Notes under the pieces: generated by a model | Told to the model about the DNA's origin: nothing | Seen by the model: only the letters and a program-made list of their open reading frames with translations | Database searches by the model: none | In this document: positions 1 to 13,807 of the stretch, in pieces | How positions within the stretch are numbered: the stretch's first letter is position 1 | How the letters are laid out: the number at the start of each line of letters is the position of its first letter | Source of the DNA: Eledone cirrhosa | Lineage: Eukaryota | DNA length: 64,000 nt | Reading direction: 5' to 3' | Assembly (NCBI GenBank): GCA_964016885.1 | Contig: OZ024745.1 | Span: forward strand, 23,994,001-24,058,000 | Made by a program: the position numbers and the translations under genes

Positions 1-1121
1 AACATCACCACTGTTACAATAACTACAACAATTAACTATTCTAACAACAACAACAACAGTAACAGTAACAAGAACAATATTACGACAACAGCAACAACAA
101 CAAGAACACAGCTACAACATAAGAACAACAGCGATAATAAAATATAACAACGATAACTACAACGACAACAACAACAACAACAGAACTACTTCAACAAAGA
201 CAACAACAACAACAACAGAACTACTTCAACAAAGACAACAACAACAACAACAGAACTACTTCAACAAAGACAACAACAACAACAACAACAGCAACACTAT
301 TACAACATAACTACAAAAACACCAGTAACAAAGACAACAACAACAACAAACAACACCATTATTACAACATAACAAACACAGCAACAGCTTCAATAAGATA
401 ATGGTATAAACAAAATCGTATATTCAACCACCACCACCACCACCACCACCACCACCACCATCACTACCATCACCACCATCACCACCACAACAAACATCAC
501 CACCACCACCACCACCACCACCACCACCAACCACAACATCACCACCACCACCACCAACCACAACATCACCACCACCACCACCACCACCACCACCACCACC
601 ACCACCACCACCAACCACAACATCATCACCACCACCACCACCACCACCACCACCAACCACAACATCACCACTCCCACCACCAACCACAATATCATCACCA
701 TCATCAACACCACCACCACCACCACCACCACCAACCACAACATCATTACCACCACCACCAACCACAACATCACCACCACCACCATCACCCCCCCCCCCCC
801 CACCACCACCAACCACAACATCATCACCATCATCAACACCACCACCACCAGCACCACCACCACCAACCACAACATCACCACCACCACCACCAACCACAAC
901 ATCACCACCACCACCACCACCACCAACCACAACATCATCACCACCACCACCACCACCACCACCACCAACCACAACATCACCACCACCACCATCACCACCC
1001 CACCACCAACCACAACACCACCACCACCACCACCACCACCACCACCACCACCACCACCACCACCACCACCACCACCAACCACAACATCATCACCATCATC
1101 AACACCACCACCACCACCACC

Positions 1122-1153
<32 letters not shown>

Positions 1154-1507
1154 CAGTGACGAGAACAAAAGCAGTGTTTTACAAATCCCAGTAACGGAAG
1201 AACATGAGATCAACAGAAATAACAGAAACAAGTTGAACAATGAAAACTAAAATAAAAATAAAAACAAAAAAATGACAAAGAAAAGCAACAACAACAATAA
1301 CAACAATAACAACAATAAGAATAAAACAAGTACAGCGTCAAAGACAAACAACAACAACAATAACAACAATAACAATAACTATAACAACAGTAGTAACACA
1401 TGATGTCAAAGAAAACAACAGATTATGTCAATAAAATGACATCAAACTCACTTCCATAGTAACAACGATAACAACAACAATACCAACACCTACAACAGAA
1501 ACAGCAA

Positions 1508-1539
<32 letters not shown>

Positions 1540-1763
1540 ACTACAAAAGAAACAGCAACAACAACAACAGCAACAGCAACAGCAGCAACAACTACAAAAG
1601 AAACAGCAACAACAACAACAGCAGCAGCAACAACGACGACAACAACAACAACAACAGCAACAGCAACAACAACAACAACAACAGTAACAACAACAAAAAC
1701 AGCAACAACAGTAAAAACATCAACAACATCAACGATAAAAACAAAAACAACAACAACTACATT

Positions 1764-1820
<57 letters not shown>

Positions 1821-2420
1821 AACACCAACAACAACAACTACATCAACAACGACGACAACAACATCAACGACGACAACAACAACTAGATCAACAGTTACAA
1901 CGACAACAGTTACAACAACAACAGTAACAACAACAACAGTACCAACAACAAAAACAGCAACAACAGTAAAAACATCAACAACATCAACGACAAAAACAAA
2001 AACAACAACAACTACATTAACAACTAGAACAACAACAATAACATCAACAACAACTACATCAACAACGACGACAACAACATCAACGACGACAACAACAACT
2101 AGATCAACAGTTACAACAACAACAGTAACAACAACAACAGTAACAACAACAACAGTAACAACAACAAAAACAGCAACAATAATAAAAACATCAACAACAC
2201 CAACGACAAAAACAAAAACAAAAACAACAACTACATTAACAACCAGAACAACAACAATAACATCAACAACAACAACAACTACATCAACAACGACGAGAAC
2301 AACAACATCAACGACGACAACAACAACTAAATCAACAGTTACAACGACAACAAGAACAAGAACAACAACAACAACAACATCAACAACGACGACCACAGGG
2401 AGATAAAACAACCTGATATG
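1..2420. repeat. Degenerate (AAC)n / (ACC)n trinucleotide repeat field
   Basis: Long ACA/AAC runs (1-420, 1140-2420) and CCA runs (425-1140) with interspersed variant units such as CCAACCACAACATCA. Confidence 0.95.
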
Positions 2421-2784
2421 ACAACACTAGAAAAACAACAACAAAACGAAAACTTGAATAACAAAAATAAAGACAATAACAAAAACAGAGACAATAAAAT
2501 AATGAGAAAAAAAAACTAAGAATAAAACAATAATATCAGCAGCTTCACCAACAGCAGCATCAACATAAACACTAATATATCATCATCATGATGATGATGA
2601 TCATCATCATCATCCTCATCATGATCATCATCAACACCATCAATACCTCAACCACAACCATCAACATCACCACAACTATCATCAGTACCATCACTACTGC
2701 AGGCAACACCAACAACAACATCAACGCCAACAGCAACACAAATATAACTACCACCAAAATCACCACATTCAACAACACTAACAT

Positions 2785-2815
<31 letters not shown>

Positions 2816-2929
2816 ACGACAATAATAGTACTTCTAACACAACCTTCTCCAGTAACACTACCAACACGACCACCACCACCACTACCAACATTCCTACCAA
2901 CGACAAAACCATCACCACGACCAACAACA

Positions 2930-4945
2930 CTAACACATGATGGTAACACTAATACTAACAATATCACTAACATATGATAGTAACACTAATACTAACAACA
3001 ACACTAACACATGATGGTAACACTAATACTAACAATATCACTAACATATGATAGTAACACTAATACTAACAACAACACTAACACATGATAGTAACACTAA
3101 TACTAACAATATCACTAACATATGATAGTAACACTAATACTAACAACAACACTAACACATGATAGTAACACTAATACTAACAACAACACTAACACATGAT
3201 AGTAACACTAATACTAACAATATCACTAACATATGATAGTAACACTAATACTAACAACAACACTAACACATGATAGTAACACTAATACTAACAACAACAC
3301 TAACACATGATAGTAACACTAATACTAACAACAACACTAACACATGATAGTAACACTAATACTAACAACAACACTAACACATGATAGTAACACTAATACT
3401 AACAACAACACTAACATATGATAGTAACACTAATACTAACAACAACACTAACACATGATAGTAACACTAATACTAACAACAACACTAACATATGTTAGTA
3501 ACACTAATACTAACAACAACACTAACACATGATAGTAACACTAATACTAACAACAACACTAACACATGATAGTAACACTAATACTAACAACAACACTAAC
3601 ATATGATAGTAACACTAATACTAACAATAACACTAACACATGATAGTAACACTAATACTAACAATATCACTAACATATGATAGTAACACTAATACTAACA
3701 ACAACACTAACACATGATAGTAACACTAATACTAACAACAACACTAACACATGATAGTAACACTAATACTAACAATATCACTAACATATGATAGTAACAC
3801 TAATACTAACAACAACACTAACATATGATAGTAACACTAATACTAACAACAACACTAACACATGATAGTAACACTAATACTAACAACAACACTAACATAT
3901 GATAGTAACACTAATACTAACAACAACACTAACACATGATAGTAACACTAATACTAACAATATCACTAACATATGATAGTAACACTAATACTAACAACAA
4001 CACTAACACATGATAGTAACACTAATACTAACAACAACACTAACACATGATAGTAACACTAATACTAACAACAACACTAACATATGATAGTAACACTAAT
4101 ACTAACAATAACACTAACACATGATAGTAACACTAATACTAACAATATCACTAACATATGATAGTAACACTAATACTAACAACAACACTAACACATGATA
4201 GTAACACTAATACTAACAACAACACTAACACATGATAGTAACACTAATACTAACAACAACACTAACACATGATAGTAACACTAATACTAACAACAACACT
4301 AACACATGATAGTAACACTAATACTAACAACAACACTAACACATGATAGTAACACTAATACTAACAACAACACTAACACATGATAGTAACACTAATACTA
4401 ACAACAACACTAACATATGATAGTAACACTAATACTAACAACAACACTAACACATGATAGTAACACTAATACTAACAACAACACTAATATATGTTAGTAA
4501 CCCTAATACTAACAACAACACTAACACATGATAGTAACGCTAATACTAACAATAACACTAACACATGATAGTAACACTAATACTAACAATAACACTAACA
4601 TATGATAGTAACACTAATACTAACAACAACACTAACACATGATAGTAACACTAATACTAACAACAACACTAACACATGATAGTAACACTAATACTAACAA
4701 CAACACTAAAACATGATAGTAACGCTAATACTAACAATAACACTAACACATGATAGTAACACTAATACTAACAACAACACTAACATATGATAGTAACACT
4801 AATACTAACAATAACAATAACAAATAATAGTAACACTAATACTAACAACAACACTAACACATAATAGTAACACTAATACTAACAACAACACTAACACATG
4901 ATAGTAACACTAATACTAACAACAACACTAACACATGATAGTAAC
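2930..4945. repeat. 37-bp minisatellite, about 54 copies
   Basis: Unit ACTAACACATGATAGTAACACTAATACTAACAACAAC; period 37 (e.g. starts at 3151 and 3188). Confidence 0.95.
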
Positions 4946-5800
4946 ACCACTAACACCAATACTAGTCCTACAACACCACTAACACCAATACTACTCCTAC
5001 AACAACACTAATATGAAGTCAACACCACTAACACCAATACTAGTCCTACAACAACACTAATATGAAGTCAACACCACTAACACCAATACTAGTCCTACAA
5101 CAACACTAATATGAAGTCAACACCACTAACACCAATACTAGTCCTACAACAACACTAATATGAAGTCAACACCATTAACACAAATACAAGTCCTACAACA
5201 ACACTAATATGATGCCAACACCACTAACACCAATACAAGTCCTACAACAACACTAATATGAAGCCAACACCACTAACACCAATACTAGTCCTACAATAAC
5301 ACTAATATGAAGTCAACACCACTAACACCAATACACGTGCTACAACAACACTAATATGAACCCAACACCACTAACACCAATACAAGTCCTACAACAACAC
5401 TAGTATGAAGCCAACACCACTAACACCAATACTAGTCCTACAACAATACTAATATGAAGCCAACACCACTAACACCAATACTAGTCCTACAACAACACTA
5501 ATATGAAGTCAACACCACTAACACCAATACTAGTCCTACAACAACACTAATATGAAGCCAACACCACTAACACTAATACTAGTCCTACAACAACACTAAT
5601 ATGAAGCCAACACCACTAACACCAATACTAGTCCTACAACAACACTAATATGAAGTCAACACCACTAACACCAATACTAGTCCTACAACAACACTAATAT
5701 GAAGCCAACACCACTAACACCAATACTAGTCCTACAACAACACTAATATGAAACCCAACACCACTAATACCAATACTAGTCCTACAACAACACTAATATA
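4946..5800. repeat. 49-bp minisatellite, about 17 copies
   Basis: Unit TAGTCCTACAACAACACTAATATGAAGYCAACACCACTAACACCAATAC; period 49 (5041, 5090). Confidence 0.93.
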
Positions 5801-6349
5801 AACTAAACAACACAAATACGAATCCAACGACAATACTAATTCTATCTTAACAACGATATTATTAATATGTACTTAACAACTATACCAACAACAACAGAAA
5901 CACAAGCCTATACACATCGCTAACAACGACATTGATAATACCACTAACATGAACACTAATTCCAATACTGAAAGTCAATATGGGAGGTTTACTTGGTCAC
6001 CATGATCCGCAGTATATAGCAGCCAAATCCCCTTCAAATCATACCCTATTGTTTTAAAAAAAAGTACCACGTTGGTTAATGTGGGACCGTGTTTTTTACA
6101 CACAGAGAAAATCGACAAAAATCACGGCTGGAATATCTTTCAACATATGTGTTCTCATTCAGGATTAAACAACCACAACGACAACAACTACAACAACAAC
6201 GACGACGTTGACACTCACCCTGTATCACCCCGGTAATAGCACTAACAATAACAACAACAACAACAACCTTACAATCAGCACCTACCTCCATCATACCACT
6301 GTCATCAGTTGTAACGTCAAGGCCGAATACCATCGATATCATCACTAGA

Positions 6350-8250
6350 ACCATAACAGAACCACCACTACCATTACCACTTCCGCCATAGCCACCGCCA
6401 TCACTGCCACCACTGCCAAAGCCACTACTGTCACCACCACCACCACCACCACCATCAGTGTCATAAACAATGCTATGCCCTTCAGTATAGGACCAGCAGC
6501 GGCAGCAATAGCAACACTAACACCACCACCATTACCACCACCATTGCCACCACCATTACCATCATCATCACACCTACCACAACCATCATCACCGCCAATA
6601 AAAATATCAACACTGTCACAACTGTCATAGCCACCCCTACCACCACCACCACCACTACCACCACCACCACCATCACCACCACTACCGCCATCACAACCAC
6701 AGTCAGCACCATCACAACCACCACCACCAACACCACCATCACCACCACCACCACCACCACAACCACTCCACCACCACAACCACCATCACAACTACAGTCA
6801 CCACCACCACCATCACCACCACTACCACCATCACAATCACATTCACCACCACCACCACCACCACCACCACCACCAACGCCACCACCACCACCACCACCAC
6901 CACCACCACCAACGCCACCACCACCACCACCACCACCACCACCACCACCACCACCACCACCACCACCACCACCACCACCACCAACGCCACCACCACCACC
7001 ACCACCACCACCACCACCACCACCACCACCAACGCCACCACCACCACCACCACCACCACCACCACCACCACCACCACCACCACCAACGCCGCCACCACCA
7101 CCACCACCACCACCACTACCACCATCACAATCACATTCACCACCACCACCACCACCACCACCACCACCAACGCCACCACCACCACCACCACCACCACCAC
7201 CACCAACGCCACCACCACCACCACCACCACCACCACCACCACCACCACCACCACCACCACCACCACCACCACCACCAACGCCACCACCACCACCACCACC
7301 ACCACCACCACCACCACCAACGCCACCACCACCACCACCACCACCACCACCACCACCACCACCACCACCACCAACGCCACCACCACCACCACCACCACCA
7401 CCACCACCACCACCACCACCACCACCAACGCCGCCACCACCACCACCACCACCACCACCACCACCACCACCACCACCACCACCACCACCACCAACGCCAC
7501 CACCACCACCACCACCAACAACAACACCACCACCACCACCCCACTGCCACAACCGCTGGCAATATCAATATCAACATCACCACACAAATATCATAACCAC
7601 TATAACTGCGTCAACCACCGTGTACGTCACCGCCACCACCCGCGCCAGCCCGTCACCACCGCCACCCCTGCCTACCCCCCCCCCCCCGCGCCAGCCCGTC
7701 ACCCCCACCGCCGCCGCTGCCATCAGCAACAGCAGCTTAATCCCGTCAATATCAATATCACCATCACCACCACCATCACTGCTTCCGCCGCCATTCGTAA
7801 CCACCATCACCAACAACGCCACCGCCACAAGCACGCTGCTTCCACTACCACCAACAACTTTACCAATATCATCTCTACTACGACCACTACTACCACTACC
7901 AAAACAGCCGACACCATTACCACGGCCACCTTCGCCAATACCAGCACGACCTCCACCACTACCACCACCACCAGCATTACCTCCACCACAACCACGACAA
8001 GCACGACTTTCGCTACGACGACGACGACGACCACCACCACCACTACCACCACCACAACTACCACCACTACAACCACCAGCACGACCTTCAACACCACCAA
8101 CAGCACGACCTTCACCACCACTACCACCATCAGCACGACCTCCACCACCAACACCAGCAGCACAACCTTCACCACCACTACCACCATCAGCACGACCTCC
8201 ACCACCAACACCAACACCACCAGCACGACCTTCACCACCACCACCACTTC
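6350..8250. repeat. (CCA)n microsatellite field with degenerate flanks
   Basis: Near-pure CCA from 6845-7540 punctuated by ACG; degenerate CCAGCACGACCT units at 7930-8250. Confidence 0.92.
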
Positions 8251-8352
8251 TGTCACCCTCACATTCTCTTCCCCTCCCCATCTTGCTACCTTCATTATGC
8301 ACTGTTGTTGAAAGCAAATGTCATGTTTCAAAGACAAAGAGAGAGAGAGAGA

Positions 8353-8423
<71 letters not shown>

Positions 8424-8657
8424 AAAGAAAGCTAGAAAGAAAAAAATCAGGAAAAATAAATGAGAAAGTAAGAGAAAGAGAGAGGGAGAGAGAGAGAGAT
8501 GAGGGGGGGGGGGGGCGGTCACAGATAAAGACAAATAGTGAAAATAGAGAGACAAAGAGTGACAAAAGACGAACAGACATTTCAATCAATACTAGAGGAC
8601 AGACTGACAAGTTTCCAAACCAGCTGGTTCAAATCATCGAATTTCCGATTTTTTGTT

Positions 8658-8786
<129 letters not shown>

Positions 8787-9071
8787 TCAGGATTATACCA
8801 TTTTAAAATTAGTAGGATCATTATTCGGCAGATCACTCGATACTTGATATAGGAGAGTGCAAATTTAGTAGAGAGTCAGGACCCGGTGGCTGAGCTCTTG
8901 CTGTTTCAAGAGATAATTCCGCAGTAATTTTCAATTTGTCAAGCTATCTAAACGTATGTTATTACTCTGAGGGCCTACCTTATTGAGTGCTTTGCTACTC
9001 ATTCGTAGGTCGATTTTGCTTGGCCGCAGCCAAAGCTTCGATTTTACTAAGCTTACACTTGTAAAACAAGT

Positions 9072-9115
<44 letters not shown>

Positions 9116-9121
<6 letters not shown>

Positions 9122-9284
9122 AAGGAGCTTCTACAGGACTAGTACTGTTTCATTCAGATGAAATCTTCAGGAAGCTCTGTACTAGTCCTGTAGAAGCTCC
9201 TTCTATAAAATAAAAAAATTTTACTCTGCCATGTATTGAGTACCTTACTTACTGTGGTTATCCCCGACTCAACCCGGGACCTAC

Positions 9285-9285
<1 letters not shown>
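9116..9285. mobile_element. Fold-back PLE pseudo-LTR mini-cassette in (TA)n
   Basis: Perfect 30-bp inverted repeat TTATAGAAGGAGCTTCTACAGGACTAGTAC (9116-9145 / 9179-9208). The right arm has a tail of about 75 bp. (TA)n lies on both sides. Related sequence at 47897-48025 and 50963-51116. Confidence 0.75.
9125..9177 (-). ncRNA. Type I hammerhead ribozyme
   Basis: Minus strand: gagcttc-CTGAAGA-t ttc atct gaa t-GAAA-cag tactagtc ct-GTA-gaagctc. Stem I is 7 bp, stem III is ACAG/CTGT, triplet GUA. Confidence 0.85.
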
Positions 9286-9328
<43 letters not shown>

Positions 9329-9597
9329 TAGCGAGAATCGAATTTCAGCCCATGAAATAACGAAAAAACACTTTCGAATTCGTGAGGCAAGCGCTCGATA
9401 ATTCAAATGAATTAGAGCTTACAACATACGTTAAAGGCCAAACACACTGAGATGGTGGTTAAACTAATTATCCACACAGCGAAGATTCGATCTCCTATTT
9501 CGGGTCAAACAGATATACAGATATAAAAATATATGAAAGCATAAATGTCTGGTACTCACCGGACCCCTGGAATGATGGTAAAGTCCAGTGTTTATAT

Positions 9598-9640
<43 letters not shown>

Positions 9641-9649
9641 GTCATTATG

Positions 9650-10070
9650 TGGAGATCTTAGCTCTTAGCTTTTAGTCCGATTGTTCCACCGGGAACATAA
9701 GTCAACCGATCGTCTCCAATGCCGTCTGTCGGCACCAGCCCATTGACATCCGTGCAAGGAGATGTTGACGGTTTGTAAGTCACTTTGGAATGTCCACCGC
9801 CAGATCATCTTTGGTCAGTCTCTTTTCCGCTTGCCTTCGGGGAAGTCCACGTCCTCGCCATTTCGGACGGGTGGTTTTCTGGGAGGTGCAGAATGTGACC
9901 CGCAAAACAGAACCGAGCTCTGTGCCGACCCCCTTCAGTGCAAGAGATCCGGCTCTCCGCAGGATCTCTTGGTTCCTCAACCTTATGCAGACACACTTGA
10001 TGGAAAATGTTTAGACGCCTATCCGTCTTGGCAGTGCGTTTCCAAGTTTCATAGGCGTGTAATTGACAAA
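9650..10070 (-). pseudogene. Degenerate RTE-like LINE 3' fragment
   Basis: Minus-strand translations LHAYETWK..RRLNIFHQVCL, NQEILRRAG and FAGHILHLPENHP resemble the post-RT C-terminus of RTE-clade LINEs; frameshifted. Confidence 0.65.
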
Positions 10071-10093
10071 GAGAAGACAACGAAAGACAATAA

Positions 10094-11025
10094 CGAAAAC
10101 ACGGCAGAACGAAAACACGGCAGAAAGAAAACACGGCAGAATGAAAACACAGCAGAACGAAAACACGGCAGAATGAAAACACAGCAAAACGAAAACACGG
10201 CAGAACGAAAACACGGCAGAATGAAAACACGGCAGAATGAAAACACGGCAGAATGAAAACACGGCAGAACGAAAACACGGCAGAATGAAAACACGGCAGA
10301 ATGAAAACACGGCAGAACGAAAACACAGCAGAATGAAAACACGGCAGAACGAAAACACAGCAGAACGAAAACACGGCAGAATGAAAACACGGCAGAATGA
10401 AAACACGGCAGAACGAAAACACGGCAGAATGAAAACACGGCAGAACGAAAACACGGCAGAATGAAAACACAGCAAAACGAAAACACGGCAGAACGAAAAC
10501 ACGGCAGAATGAAAACACGGCAGAACGAAAACACGGCAGAATGAAAACACAGCAGAACGAAAACACGGCAGAATGAAAACACGGCAGAATGAAAACACGG
10601 CAGAACGAAAACACAGCAAAACGAAAACACGGCAGAACGAAAACACGGCAGAATGAAAACACGGCAGAACGAAAACACGGCAGAATGAAAACACAGCAGA
10701 ACGAAAACACGGCAGAATGAAAACACGGCAGAACGAAAACGCGGCAGAATGAAAACACGGCAGAATGAAAACACGGCAGAATGAAAACACAGCAGAACGA
10801 AAACACGGCAGAACGAAAACACGGCAGAATGAAAACACGGCAGAACGAAAACACGGCAGAACGAAAACACGGCAGAACGAAAACACGGCAGAATGAAAAC
10901 ACGGCAGAATGAAAACACAGCAGAACGAAAACACGGCAGAACGAAAACACGGCAGAACGAAAACACGGCAGAATGAAAACACGGCAGAACGAAAACACGG
11001 CAGAACGAAAACACGGCAGAATGAA
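10094..11025. repeat. 16-bp minisatellite, about 58 copies
   Basis: Unit GAAAACACGGCAGAAY; period 16. Explains the long overlapping minus-strand ORFs here. Confidence 0.97.
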
Positions 11026-12022
11026 ACGAAATTCGTGTAAAGGAGAACCTTTAAAAATCGTGTTTTCTGTCGGGTGTAAATAACAATGGCAAAAAAAGAA
11101 GAGAAACGTACGACATAAGATGGCGGTTTCGACCACTACCAACGATACTGCTGGCCCACCCGGGGTCACAGCGTCTGACAAACAAGCAAAGATATATTTG
11201 ACATCCTTACCAATAGTTTAAATTAATAGCACTTCAATCACCATAGGTAACTGTAGAATGGGTGGTAGCAGCAGCAAATGTCCATTACCACAACCTCACC
11301 ATTACAACCACCACCACCTCCACCACCATTATCACCACAACAACTTCACCCCTAACACCACAATCACCATCACCCCCAACACCAACACATTTACACATCA
11401 CCACCACCACCATCACCTCCACCCTCAGTATACACCACCATCACCACCACCACCACCACCACCACCACCACCATGTTAATTCCCTCTCTTGATCTCTACC
11501 CTTCGAAACATCTCACAGACAGTAATTGCAAACAATAATTTAATATTCCCAAACCACTAGCACTGCTCCAACCGCCACCACCACCACCATACCACCTCCA
11601 CTGTCCACAGTAGCACCACCATACCACCACAACCACCACTACCACGTGCAACACAACTACCACAGCCATCACTACCATGCTCACATAGCACCAACCAATG
11701 CCTCATTAATATAGTCACCAACACCTACACCTTCACCATGACAACCACGATGGCGCCCATCAACATCCCCCCCCCCCACACACACACACACATCACCACC
11801 ATCACCACCAACACCAACAACAACACCACCAACATTCTCACGATGCCGTCATGTAACTTAACACCTTCCAATGTCTTATTACTATGACCACCACCTCATT
11901 TACCTTCCAACAACATCCCCTTGTAGAACCCTTGAAATAATTTTCATGTCTCAGGGAACCCCCACATAAAACTATTGTATACCATTATTAATATCTATCC
12001 TTTTTAGAGGTTGAAGCCTTTA

Positions 12023-12472
12023 TCTAAACTATAATAAAGTAAGGAGTGCGGGACTGCGTACGGTTTATAATTTTTTATCCCATTAGTAAAATAAGTTGGA
12101 TTACTTTGAATAAATAATGAATGAATATTACATAATTTATCTACTAAATTTCGTAGCTGTTGATTAAATATATTCTATTGTTTATTTAAAGATTCACTTC
12201 TTTAAAATTTTCAAATGTCAACACTTCCGGTTAGCGATCGCTTAAATAAACATTCATATATTTCCGTCACTAATTTTCTCCTAATGCAGTTTATATATAA
12301 TATCGTCTTTTTTTTAATGTATCATGGATTACGTTACTGATTACATAAGACAGTGTAACGCAGTCTTCGTTCAATTTCTGTGTATATTGTCAATTACAAT
12401 TTTATTTGATGTATCATATCTACATGTATATATACTTGCGTATAATATCAATATACACACTACACATGCTAG
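12023..12472 (+). mobile_element. Non-autonomous Helitron-like element, copy 1 (3' hairpin missing)
   Basis: Begins A|TCTAAACTATAATAAA and is near-identical to 53947-54392. Ends at CTAG|T without the terminal hairpin seen in copy 2. Confidence 0.7.
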
Positions 12473-12509
12473 TAGAAAACAATGTGCCGTATGTCTATAG
12501 TCAAAAGTC

Positions 12510-12705
12510 TAAAAAAAAGTCTAAAGTCTGTCTCAAATCCAGAGGCTCATCATGTCAGTTCTAATCCCAGTTTCCACAGTGTTAAGCGACTGAGAGTACA
12601 AGACTCCCCCTGGACAGGACGTCAGTCCATCGCAGGGTTAAACTCCCAGCTATTTCTGGTACTCTTTTTTTTTTCCAGCTGAGTATACTGGAGCAACACG
12701 AATGG
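12510..12705 (-). mobile_element. SINE-like repeat fragment (second family)
   Basis: Homologous to 56250-56448 (CAGTCCATYGCAGGGTTAAAC, CTGGTACTC, (CTAAAGT)n tail) and partly to 38110-38160. Confidence 0.6.
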
Positions 12706-12744
12706 AAAATCAAACAAAAATTCATTAACTTATTTATCTCTGTT

Positions 12745-12813
12745 TCTCGCGGAACCCCTAGCGACCTCTTGAGGAATCCTGGGGTTTCGGAGAATAACGT
12801 TTGAGAATCACTG
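12745..12813. mobile_element. hAT-like MITE terminus
   Basis: CGCGGAACCCCT...TTTGAGAATCACTG, the reverse complement of a CAGTGNTTCTCAAA-type TIR. Similar GGAACCCC motifs at 11925-11965. Confidence 0.45.
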
Positions 12814-13215
12814 ATATCGACCTTAATGCGTTATATGAGTAAATGGTGGGATAGTCATGAATGGAGTGTCTCTTAATGTAGGGTCGAACTGGGACTAAAC
12901 AACAACACGACTAGCAACATTAGTATCTCAACTATAAACACTAACACAACTACGACATAACCTACAATCAATTCCATTATAAATACCACAACTACCCCTA
13001 CTAACACCAGAACCACCATCCCTACTATAAAGAGAACTAACACAATCATCAACACCACAACCACCACTACCACAGCCACCACTCATCTTCCTGGGGTTGA
13101 TAAAATAAAATATCAGTGACGTACTGAGGTTGATTTAATCAACTTCGCCCTTCCCTCAATTTTGCTACATTTAGTCATTTAGTCACTTTACAGTTTTTTG
13201 TATGTATGTATGTAT

Positions 13216-13795
13216 GGTCGGGTACTCGGCGACTAAACCGGCAACCCCACCAAGTTTACTTGGTGCGGAGGGTGATTTTAGACACCCTGCTGGACAAAGG
13301 GCGAAACCTGACAAAGGGCGGAAAATCTCATAAGAGTCAACGGTCATCCAAAAATGTGTAAATATGCATATACATGTATGCATGTGTATATATGTATATG
13401 TATATATATATATATGTGTATACATGTATGCATGTGTATGAATATGCGCGGGGACATAGAAATAATCGGGCTGGATACCCGATCGCGCGGTTAAACCACT
13501 GGGAGTGAAGGACCCCTAGCCTTTGACAGGGCATTCTTCTAGGAGAAGGCAACTCAGGAAACTGGGATAACTCCAACATAAAACCTGCGGCTCAGTAGTT
13601 ACCGATGACGTTGATCTTTTCTTCTTTTCGGGTTATAACTACTGTCGCTCAGAGAGTGGGATTAGCTCAGTGCACAGTCTTTCCTCACTTTAAAAAATTT
13701 TCAGGCACACGCATTGCACGATAGCATTAATTAATTATTAATAATGTTATATCGTGCAATGGCCATACTCGATATCGAGGGGGCAGCCACCATCA
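13216..13795 (+). mobile_element. Unclassified non-coding interspersed repeat in (TATG)n
   Basis: Flanked by TATG repeats. Shares CTAGGAGAAGG(C/A)AACTC, GAGAGTGGGA and terminal GGCC(A/G)TACTCGA...GGCAGCCACCAT with 15788-16183. Confidence 0.55.
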
Positions 13796-13807
13796 TGTAT
13801 GTATGTT

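Noticed and set aside
390-8610. Long poly-Val, poly-Gly, poly-Trp and Pro-rich ORFs
   Set aside because: Translations of CCA/ACA/GA repeats that are open in several frames at once; no domain, splice or codon evidence.
8880-8930. Possible minus-strand hammerhead (CTGCGGA...GAAACAGC)
   Set aside because: The core is mutated and I could not form stems I and II or a cleavage triplet; at most a decayed relic.
9805-11181. 458-aa and two 320-aa Cys/Phe-rich ORFs
   Set aside because: All three minus frames are open because the 16-bp unit lacks stops; only the RTE-like end is meaningful.
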